A stretch of DNA of 64,000 bases from Chlorokybus atmophyticus. Its lineage: Eukaryota > Plantae > Mesostigma and Chlorokybus algae. This document shows positions 53,683 through 64,000 of this stretch, piece by piece. The stretch spans positions 936,755 through 1,000,754 of the forward strand of contig RHPI01002438.1 of the NCBI GenBank assembly GCA_009103225.1. Reading direction: 5' to 3'. The translations under genes were made by a program, and so were the position numbers. A model generated the notes under the pieces. The model saw nothing but the letters and a program-made list of their open reading frames with translations. It had not been told where the DNA came from and made no database searches. How positions within the stretch are numbered: the stretch's first letter is position 1; the number at the start of each line of letters is the position of its first letter.

Positions 53683-56600
53683 TCACACTTGGTCCCAGCC
53701 TGAGCGCCTTTCCCGTCCAGATCTGCGTACAATACGAGTTCAGCTTCACAACTCCAGTCGAACACAAGGTCTGCATGCTGCACCAAGGCAAACACGCACA
53801 TCAACCACAACATGTACCTGTCACGCTCACTGTCTCTGCTGCCACTTCGCTCTCGATCATGATCTGTACTGCTGCCTCCACCCGGTGCGCCGGTGTCCCA
53901 CCGGCTGCGCCTTCCTTCCCTGCGTGTGTTTGTGTCACCTGATGCTGCTACTGGAGGAGGAGGAGGTGGTGGTGGTCGTGGTGGTGGTGGCGGCGGTACT
54001 CGTTGCAGATGCGCAGCAGCCACATTGCCTGTTGCTGCACGCGGTGCGCCAACATCCCACCCACTCTTCTGCTGGGCAGCAGGCGTAAAGCCGGAAACCC
54101 TTGCTGCAGCAGGTGTGGCTGATTGCAGCTCGCGTTGCGATAGAGGTGCTATGATTGTCGCAGCACTGTGACCTATAACCCAACAGTACAAGCCATACGT
54201 CAGGTCAGGAGCAAAACAAAGCGAAACTCTTTGTGGCATATCGATGAATTCTGTAACACTACAGCAACACATTCCCAGCACAATACAGGGCAGGCCGCTT
54301 GTCTGTGCTGTAGAACAACTACGTCAACCCTGACAACTAAGAAGTAATCCAGCTGTTGCTTACCGCCAATGGTACCGGTTGAGGCTGCAACAAAGCTGTT
54401 GCGGAAACGTGCACCAATAGAGCCACGCACCGAGTCCACAGCGGCGATGCGGCTTTTCGGAGCGGACGGAGGCCCATCCCCTCTACCAGCACGTGGCGGT
54501 GGTCCAGCACCACGTCCAGCTGGCGGTGGAGCACCTTGCGACCGCGGCTGCGCCCCCTCTGAGCCAGGCGCCCCGCCGCTGGGCGTAAAGCCCAACCCAT
54601 GCCCGAAGTCCACACCACGCTTGCCACGCCCTCGCCCCTTGCCAACCCTGCCCTGCCCTTTCCCACCACCGCCGCCGCCGCCGCCACCACCACCACGTTT
54701 CTGCCTTCGAAATCTTGGGTCCTGCAAGCACATAAAAACTGTTGGCATTGGAAACGTGTGTCTTGGTATGCATACTGCTATCGTGCAGATACACGTCTCA
54801 CAGATACCTTGTTGGCTAGTTGCATGAGTGCGTCTGGCACTTGCTGGCCAGCGGCGGCCAGATTATGCACGAGTTCGCCAGCAAAGTGCCCTTGCTTCAT
54901 GGTGACGAGGGTGTAGGCTACGCCATCTGTTGCACCCGCTCTGCCCGTGCGGCCGATGCGGTGGACGTGCGTGTCCATGTCTTTGGCCACATCGTAGTTC
55001 ACGACCGTCTTGATAGACTTGATGTCAAGCCCCCTCGCTGCCACATCCGTTGCAACCAACACGTGATGCACGCCACCCTTGAAATCCCTGAGTACTTCCG
55101 ACCGCGACGCTTGGTCTTTGTCTCCGTGAAGAGCAGCCACTGATGCCACACGAGCCGTCATGTGACAACTTGCATGCATGTCAACAACCACAAAGAGAAC
55201 AACAGCAAACCAAACGAGGTAACACCAAATGAAGCCGCACCTCTGAACTGCCGTTCTCTAAGTTGGCTTGCAAGCTCTTCCACTCGCGCCTTAGTCCCAG
55301 CAAAGACGAGCGTGTCACCGGCATCAACCATCACTGGGAGCCGTTGAAGCAGCCAAGGCAACTTCTCTGCATCAGATGACAACACCTCTGCAATTTGCCG
55401 AATGTCCTCATTGGCCTGCACAATGCAACTATTAGTCTGGACTTCAAGTCATACATCCACAACATCAACAGGTGCATACCTCGCCGACTTCGCCAACAGT
55501 GATGCGCACGGGATCGGTTAAAATGTCCCTCGCCAAGCGCTCAATCTTCCTCGGCATGGTGGCTGAGAACAGGAGCGTCTGCCTGTCCGGGCGTATCTGG
55601 CCTATGATGGATCGCATCTGCGGCTCGAACCCCATGTCGAACATGCGATCGGCTTCATCCAGAACCATATACGTAGCACGCCGCATGGTCAGCGCCTTCA
55701 TCTTCAGCATGTCTATTAGACGACCAGGCGTGGCCACAACAATCTCCACTCCAGCCTTCAACTCTTTAAACTGCTCAAACTTGGACATCCCTCCATATAC
55801 GCCCGAGACCTACATTACAGTCAAATCGTATAGTTGACGCACAGACACTGAATAACTTTGCATCTGGAACAAAAGCGACAGTGACTTCCAGGACTAACCT
55901 GAAGATTGTAAGCTTTGGCAAACTTTTTGGTCTCGGTGTAAATCTGCTGGGCCAGCTCGCGCGTGGGTGCGCAGATCACGCCGATGGGGCCAGCGCCTTT
56001 CTCGAGCTCCTCCTGGTCCATGATGTGCACGAGCATGGGCAGCACAAAGGCTGCGGTCTTTCCCGAACCCGTTTTGGCGATACCGATGACATCCCTGCCA
56101 GACAGCACGACAGGCAGAGCTTGACATTGGATAGGAGTTGGCCGATGGTACGATTGTTTCTTCAGCATCGCCATGACCTCTGCGTCAAACCCACACTGCG
56201 AGAACTCCTGTACAGGCCGGCCGACATCAAATCCAGAGACCCTGATGCCTGCAAAATAAACAATACATAATTTTCAAAATTCAGATAATCTACTTGGTGT
56301 TTTGGTACGGTTAGACATCATGTGTGCCCGCAGAAAGGGGTTGCTGCTCACCATGCTCTTTCCTTTTTGCCCGAATATCATCCTCGGACATGGCAGCAAT
56401 TTGCGGGGCTTCGACATAGAAGTCCTTGGTGAACTCGTCATATTCAATGCTGCTGTGGTCAAGAGGCGGTATGGGCCCGATCTCCTTCTTATCCACTGGC
56501 AGAATGTTGTCATCAGAGTCATAACCTGCACCACCTTTCTCAGCCGCTGCTTTCTCTGCAGCATCGACCGCCCGCGCTGTAGCGTACACCTCCTCATCAG

Positions 56601-57284
56601 AGTCATCACCACCCATTACAGCGGCCTGTCCCACCGGCAATCCCGCTGCGGCTCGCGCTTTCATGTAACTCTCCACGGGGTCGTCCTCATCCTCTTCATC
56701 GCGCAAAGGCTGGGCCATGCATGCATCATGAGCATTATTAGCACCGATGTACAACCAAAGTACAACAGCAAATGTGCCTGTGCGGGTAACTGTCAGCGCA
56801 CCTTTGGAGCAACGGGTTTGTCCTTGTTGTCCTTCACTTCCTGATGAATACCTGCCATGAAAGCATCCAGCGGGTCCTCCTCGCCATTTTCTTCCTGCAT
56901 GATAATGTTTTAACAACCATGTGAGTCAAGATCGGCACTTGAAACAACTCATCACACCCTGAGACCACTTCTCACGCACATAGGTACAACTTCTCACACC
57001 AACATGTTGAGGATTACCAGTAAAGTATCACTGCGCACTGAAGAAGTGAAGATCATGCAGGTATGCATGCATTGTTGCATTCGCACCTGTGCCTGTGCTG
57101 TGGATGGCTGCTCTTCGTGATCGGATGCGTACGCGGGCCCTGCCTCTTCATTGTCGCTGTCGGACTCCCCTGGCCTGTACAGCTGGCGTTTGCGGGGCGG
57201 TTCGCTCGCACCATTGCCGGCGCCAAGCTCAGGGCGTCGACCGAGCGCAAACCCCTCAAATCCAAAACGCCTCTTTCCAGACAT
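53683..57284 (-). CDS. DDX42: DEAD-box RNA helicase, DDX42/SF3b125 (plant RH24-like)
   Basis: [12 protein letters not shown] start, [66 protein letters not shown]. Gly/Arg-rich tail; last exon [13 protein letters not shown]. Confidence 0.96.
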
Positions 57285-58055
57285 TGCAGGAAGTCCACTG
57301 CTCTAGTCTCTTGATTGGTTCACATGCTCCTGTTTGGGTTGAACACATTTAGCGGTATGACAAGATGATAATGTCAAGCTGAATCAGCAACACTTGTTGC
57401 AGTTGCAGAGGGCATTCAGGCACGTAGTATATTGTCATGTCTCAACAATTGACGATGAATGACTGTCCTGCACCAGCATTGCGCTATCACATTGACACAC
57501 TCGACCATGCATGCTGTCTACAACGAACACTCAGTATGCGCAAACCAAATCAACACTACTCTCTTCAAACATGCTCTGGCATGCTTAAGTCACACTGATC
57601 TTAGTAGTCACGTCGCCAAGCATAAAGTTCGTATCACACATGCACTGGTCGTGGCAAGCTCGCCTATAGCAGGCCAATGTGAGCGGTTAGCAGGTTGTTG
57701 CGGACAGGAACCACTACATGCTGTAATAGCAGCACCCAGCGCAGCTGCGTGACAAGATTCAAGAACCAGAAGACCAAAGGTTTGCGTTTATCTCAAGCAC
57801 TGACCTGCTGCGCACGTCCTCCCGCACCACCTCCACCTCCACCTCCACCGCTGCCGCCGCCGCCGCCGCCTGCTCTACCAGCTACACCTTGCAGCGCAGG
57901 TAGGGTTTGCATCACGCTGTGTGAACTACAAGCGTGACGCTTAAGGCGACTCTATTGCAGGAGTTACGCTTGCCGCGCAAAGCTGTTCACACAACTTTGA
58001 ACTGTTCAAAGTTGGGGCGTTGGCCTTGGCGACGGCGGCGGGGTGGTTGTGGGCA

Positions 58056-59234
58056 ATGTCGGGCGGCGGCGGCGCTGTTGAGGGCGATGCTGCCGTGGAC
58101 AGTCAAAACAAGAAGGAAGTTTTGCCTGCTGCGCCGCCAGTGAAGAAGCCGCATCTGCAGCTGCACGTGCTGGCCGGGCCGCTTGCCGCTGCTGGGACGG
58201 TGTTCAGCATCAACACCGTTTGCTACAAAGTTGGGCGGTCACAAGGAAACTGCGCTCTCAAAGACGATGAGGTAATCACTGCTCATGCGAGTGATATATC
58301 ACATTGTTGCACAATGCAAGGCTGTGCTTGACAATGTCCATCCAAAGGCAGCTTTCATAGCCTGCGTCCACCAGTATGTATGGGCCGCTTGATCTCGTTA
58401 TCTGTTGCTGTCAACCGAACTACAGCCGTGATGTATAGTGTTGGGTTGTTGCATTACTTGTTTGTTTGCGCTACTATCTTGTGACGGGCAACATGCACTG
58501 CAGGTGTCTACTCGGCACGCGGAGGTGAGGTTTGAGGATGGAGCCTGGCGGCTGCAAGACTTGGGTAGCCTTAACGGCACTACATTGAATGGCGAAACCG
58601 TCAGTGTGACTCATGGCACTCCAGGTGCAGTGCCATGCCCTTGCTGATTTGTATTTGTGATAGTGCATCCTGCTCTGTTGGGCTGGCCATGTGTGCATAC
58701 CAGAGAAACATCAAATTCTAGGTGCACGCAGTCGTCAATGCTATGATGATCCATGCACAGTCTCAGCTGGTGCGGTCGTAGTGTGGTATACCAACACAAT
58801 GTATGGTGAGCTCACAGTGGAGCTGATTCAGGTCCAGCCAAACAGTTGCAGGATGGTGACCTGATCCAGTTTGGGCCAACAACTGTAGTTATGGTTGCCA
58901 TAGAAGCCCCAACGGACAGCAACTTGACAGTTGAGGAGGTTCTGAAGACGGCTTTGCAAAGGCACCTCCAGTTGCAAACCCACATCATCATGGTGCGTGA
59001 CATGAGAGCGTGGAAGTAATGTGCAAATAACTTTGTCAACCGCAGCGTTGCATTGACAACAGCAACTTGTCAAGTTGGTTGGCTGTGTTATGGCTTTGTG
59101 CACCTCGCACTTCAGAGCTTACCTTTTGAGTGTTTTCAACTGTGCAGACAACAACAAGCAAAATGGCCCGACAGATAGAGGAACAGGCAGCTTCAATCTG
59201 CAATGAACTTCGCGCCCAGGCAGCTGTCCAATGA
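58056..59234 (+). CDS. Small FHA-domain protein with C-terminal helical segment; 4 exons
   Basis: LHVLAGP, VGRS, VSTRHAEV, LQDLGSLNGTTLNG and LQDGDLIQFG are FHA hallmarks (GR, SxxH, NG). Tail LTVEEVL...KMARQIEEQAASICNEL. Confidence 0.85.
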
Positions 59235-59665
59235 ACCTGGCGCATGCGTTTTAACAGCATTTGGAGCCACTTAGACTTTGTACATATCAAGGTAGGCTTA
59301 GCCTAGCCTAGCCTATTCGGTTCACAGTGGCTCATGTTGGGCATCTTGGAGTAGCCGCAAAACATGATGGCACCGACACTCCGTTCAGCTCAGTATGGTT
59401 TAAGCGCGCACCATATATCCAACGGTTGTGTAGACAAGACATAGGACTGTTTACGTAGGTCAACATATGACACCAACACAGCTTGTTTGCAAGACCGCAC
59501 GGCTTGTGACAGCTTACCGGTCATGCTGCTTATAAGTGATTGCCAGGCCATGACGTCAAGTGTATTTTTTTTTCAACACAATTCCAGCTGCACTGCTACA
59601 GTCCAGTTGATATGTCTACATCACTGGGCCTACGTTGCAAGCTATATTATCAAAGTGATACATGC

Positions 59666-61964
59666 TTATTGTGTCAAAGTGCCTCCTAGCGACATGAACA
59701 AGTCGTAATCCTGAGAGGCAAAAGAAGGCACAGAATCTGCGTGCCCTGACCTAACCATGATGTTTCTTAACTGCACATTAAGTGGTCGGAAGAAGTCTTC
59801 GAGCACTTTGCGCGTGGCAGGCAACATTTCCGGCTGCCGCTTACACGGTAAGCTCTTCTCTGCTCCAATGTTTGCCACAATTGGTGCAAATGTGGCGTCG
59901 TCGAATGGAATGCCTAAAAACTCAAACACCTGGAATAGAAGGATGACTTAGCTTGCAAGGCACTACATGATGTGCACGTGTTTTGACCTACCTTTCGCAC
60001 AGTGCCTTTCGGGTCGCGGTTAATCTCATCAAAGTCGACAAACAAAAACTCGTCCGGGCTGAAGTAGTTGAACCATCTGTACAAATGCATCGCATGCCAT
60101 GACTGAACAAACTGGTTCGTGCGCTGGCAGCGCCGATAAGCCTGTAGTAGAAGGCACTGTCGGGATTGCAAAAAGATCTCTGGTGCGCACACGCGCATAC
60201 AAACAGACGACCCACCCCACCCCTCTCAACCCCCCGTGCACACACACACACATGGGGATGCACATACAGGCACGCACACATACACAGACGCCCAACCCCC
60301 TGCCCCNNNNNNNNNNNNNNNNNNNNNNNNNNNNNNNNNNNNNNNNNNNNNNNNNNNNNNNNNNNNNNNNNNNNNNNNNNNNNNNNNNNNNNNNNNNNNN
60401 NNNNNNNNNNNNNNNNNNNNNNNNNNNNNNNNNNNNNNNNNNNNNNNNNNNNNNNNNNNNNNNNNNNNNNNNNNNNNNNNNNNNNNNNNNNNNNNNNNNN
60501 NNNNNNNNNNNNNNNNNNNNNNNNNNNNNNNNNNNNNNNNNNNNNNNNNNNNNNNNNNNNNNNNNNNNNNNNNNNNNNNNNNNNNNNNNNNNNNNNNNNN
60601 NNNNNNNNNNNNNNNNNNNNNNNNNNNNNNNNNNNNNNNNNNNNTCCCCCACCCCAAACACACACACACCACCGCTACCACCCATCCTCGCGGGCGCTCC
60701 CAAATACCGACATAGTCGAATAGTGTCTGCACGGAGGCAGTGCAGATTGTGCATTGATGTACCTGCGGAATATCTCCATGCATGCCAGCAGCTCTGAAGC
60801 ACAAGTCCGTGGCATCGGCCTCCTTGACTGCCCATTCATCAAAATCCGCATCGCACGGAATGTACTGATGCGCCCTGCCAAACCCGTTGAAGAACGACAA
60901 TATCCTGTCTGCGGGGTTGCGCAGTGTTGTGATGAACTTCAAGCGCTTCGATAGCTCCTTTCCATACACCTGCACGATCTGCGCAGGTGCCAGGTCGCGG
61001 TAGATGTACGTCGGCGTGCCGTCCATAACATAGTAAGTCTGCATTGTTGAAGAAAACGTCAGCACGTATTCACCGACGTGCAATTATACACTTGTGCCAT
61101 GCAATGTGCCCAAGTTATTATTGTACAATACCTGTGCGACTTGGCCCGAGCCTCAAGAAGTCGCACACATGCCATGTTCTCACCCCATTGTTGGCGTCCG
61201 TGCATGGTGGGAACCGGCTTGCGTATTCATTCGCAAATTTTGTTGGTGTCCACTGCTCAAGGTGGATTCCAAAGTACTTCTGTTCTTTTGGAAAGCTCCA
61301 GACCCTGTTACCTGCCAAAGCACTGCATGCAGAACATGATGATGGTCACGCACAAACCCCTCTGGAGATGGCAAGAGATAGCAATCCAGCAACACGTGTG
61401 CTGCCATTACACCAACATCCTGTGAAGGGATAGCACGCTGCATGACATTACAAGCACAATACAAGTGCCAAACAGAAACATGTTGGGCAGCAGCCTGTCT
61501 CCGTAGCACAGTGCTGGCACCAACTGTGTCCCGTCATGTCTTTCCTCGTTGGTTTGATTCACTAGTGTCAACTCCCCCTTTGCAAAATCCAACTGCACGC
61601 CCATTAAACTCAAATTTAGTGAACTAGTGGTCAATATGGTCAAATTAGGAATCACTCTACACACAGTGTGTTTGGGAGGACTTCTGACACACTCATGGCA
61701 TTGTGCATAAAGTGAAACCAAGTTGGTTGATTCGCACACTCACAGCATTGTGCTCACATTGGCGTACACGTCCCCCTCCCATAGCTGCGTGTCATCCTCC
61801 AGACCCCTGACCGTGCGCGGCAAGACATTGAAGTCGTTGTCGGGTGTGAGGACACCTTTAAACGCCCCTTCCTCCGCCTGTCCCCATGCCGCCGCCGCCG
61901 GCACCAGCGGCAACCCTACCAGTACACCAACTGCTACTACCACCAGCAATTGACCTGCTTGCAT
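59666..61964 (-). CDS. Secretory-pathway sulfotransferase-like protein (P-loop sulfotransferase fold), interrupted by a gap in an intron
   Basis: Hydrophobic N-terminus; LLPNMFLFG, PKEQKYF, DGTPTY, LKFITTLRNPADRILSFF (3'-PB motif), WFNYFSPDEFLFVDFDEINRDP, FEFLGI and LEDFFRPLNVQL. The 5' exon joins are uncertain. Confidence 0.8.
60307..60644. other. Assembly gap (338 N)
   Basis: Run of N flanked by poly-C/CA-rich intron sequence. Confidence 0.99.
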
Positions 61965-62218
61965 GAAGCTTGAGCTTGAACGCATGGAGCTCTGCCTGTG
62001 TTTCTGTGCAGGCAGCTGGCTCACAGCTGGCTAGTTGCATGCATGGGGTTTAAGCCTTAGCAGGGACAGGGGAGCACACAGACGCAAGCTGCCGTTACAG
62101 CGCCTGCCTCGCCTCTGCCCTTTGCTGTAAGCTCAGACTAGCAATGCAGCATGAAGGCGGCTTGCTGCATGTCCATGACAACGCCTTCGCGGATAGATTG
62201 TGGCAAGAGTTGTGTGCA

Positions 62219-62314
62219 CACGTGGAGTCGTGACGCTTTCCTGCGCCAGCTGGCTCCTGCTGGCGCACGTGGAGTCGTGACGCTTTCCTGCGCCAGCTGG
62301 CTTCTGCTGGCGCA
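62219..62314. repeat. 47-bp tandem duplication containing a G-box (CACGTG), upstream of the sulfotransferase
   Basis: CACGTGGAGTCGTGACGCTTTCCTGCGCCAGCTGGCT(C/T)CTGCTGGCG at 62219 and 62266, one mismatch. Confidence 0.9.
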
Positions 62315-64000
62315 GAAAAGCAAAATGAGACGTCTGTGTGAGAGTGTGTCGCTTGTTCTCGGGTGTGCCGCCGATAGCTGTTGCTTTATTCCAATCGGAC
62401 GAGTCACGTTGTCCTCAGTCGAATGTTATGAGTCCATTTCTGCGCGGCGCTGCCCTGAATGGACACAACGTACTCCGCTATTGCGATCATGTTATGACAC
62501 ACACACACACACACACACACGTTCATATAATGGCTACCACAATTTGTACGACTTTGCATTCTCACCAGGGTAACGATCGTGATGTGGGTTTTACTCATGT
62601 TTATTAATAATTGTGTGCGCGATACTTGTGTTGTGTCTCCACATATTTAAATCGTTCATACTTCAATTTAATATCATAGTGTTTTAAAATCTTTGTAAGA
62701 AAGGCCTTCAAAACATTAATTTATACTTTTATACGAAACCCCAGCCATCATATGCATTCTCATACATAATTACGGGAATGCATAAGTCTAACCGTGGAAA
62801 AATAGATATGGCCTGCGTACAGTGCCTTCGAGAAGTTACTTCTGTAGCAAAGATTTCATGGCACTTTCGTAAAAGCATGACCGACGGGAGGTACATGTTG
62901 CCCTATGTAAAAATTACGTGTTAAAATATGTGATGAAGTTTGGTTTCGCATCAATGAACGCAGCGTTCAAACCTTCAAAACCAATAAGTGCATAAATTCG
63001 TGATTACTTCACACGAATAGTGCTTGCTATTTTGGTGGTTGCACTTGATGATTATTGCAAATTATTCATGAAATATATTTAATCATATGGAGTTGTAGTG
63101 AACACAATGTATATCTAAATATACATATTTATCATATACATTCATATGAGAAAATTCTAAGCGTTATCACAAGCATGGTATTGTTGTGCCGCGAAGTGTT
63201 CGTATATTGCGGCCGCTCAGAAGTTAGTAACAATTCTCAGAATCCCCGCGTTGTTATGCGCTCTAATGCTTAATCACTGAAATGCATGAAGAAAGCCGTC
63301 GATAAAGTTTTGACAGTGCCGTAAAATGCCCCGCTACAGATTATTAATAAACATTTTGCGGCACCGCGGTAGTTTAAGAATCACACATTCTTTAAACATT
63401 CAAACATAATAAACCATTTGTATGCTTCATTTCATACTAAGTGGCATTTGTATAGCTCACATACGAGTTGCGATAATGTGAGAAATCAAGTATAGGAAGG
63501 GGCCACATGCAAAGCGCACACAATTTCAAGGCCAGCACTATTGAATTGAATTTCGCGGGGGCCAAATTAGAGTTTCAACAACTTAGCTACACGTGACCAC
63601 TCCAAGACACATTCTAGAACATGACCTTTAAGCGGCAGCAGCAGCAATAGCTGAGCATTGCAGACGTGAGAGCACGACTTAGTTGTCAATGACAACTTGC
63701 AACGCAGAAAATATGCAAAACTTGGGCCTGGGTCCTGCAACAGCGGCAGCAGGCACGACAATGACGACCGTAATGACAGCTGCTTGGCTTTGGGCCCATA
63801 TCTAATTAAACCTTTATTTACAAAACATGCAGACACAATCAGTGTACGATAATAACTATTTACATGACCATATCATACTAAGCGTGTTTTTGAGCAAATG
63901 CAATTTGCGCTAGTTTAACAGCTGTGCATATGTTTTTTAACATTAACCACCCAACTTTAAGTGAAATGAACATTCAAAAGAAGCATGCGCAAAAATGTCA

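Noticed and set aside
58056-59234. KAPP (kinase-associated protein phosphatase)
   Set aside because: No PP2C domain follows; the ORF stops after a short helix.

Overview
Eukaryotic nuclear DNA with many short spliceosomal introns, CA/GT-rich introns and two 338-N scaffold gaps. The gene set (PP6/FyPP, ClpP6-like, PIFI, RH24-like helicase, phytocyanin, GLG1) suggests a green alga, probably an early-diverging streptophyte (inference). 0.5-7.5 kb is transposon debris: a palindrome-array DNA-transposon-like element, a probable solo LTR and a TA-flanked MITE. Conserved intron-rich genes follow: GLG1 (+), PP6 (+), an orphan gene (-), SpoU/MRM1 methyltransferase (-) head-to-head with ClpP (+) with only 75 bp between start codons, SCYL2 (+), a phytocyanin fusion (-), PIFI (+), DDX42 (-), an FHA protein (+) and a sulfotransferase (-). 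18-31 kb is an accessory cluster of three diverged copies of a cassette: an intronless-CDS F-box-like gene plus a divergently oriented degenerate partner segment, in tandem and inverted arrangement. The best leads are (i) a secreted phytocyanin-AGP-linker-GDPH/root-cap-like (VWD-like) protein that could self-cleave and attach to wall glycans, (ii) the F-box cassette cluster and (iii) a 67-nt hairpin that appears to have arisen in one cassette copy only. All exon models were built by eye; family calls rest on recalled motifs, not database searches. No tRNA, rRNA or CRISPR array was recognised.
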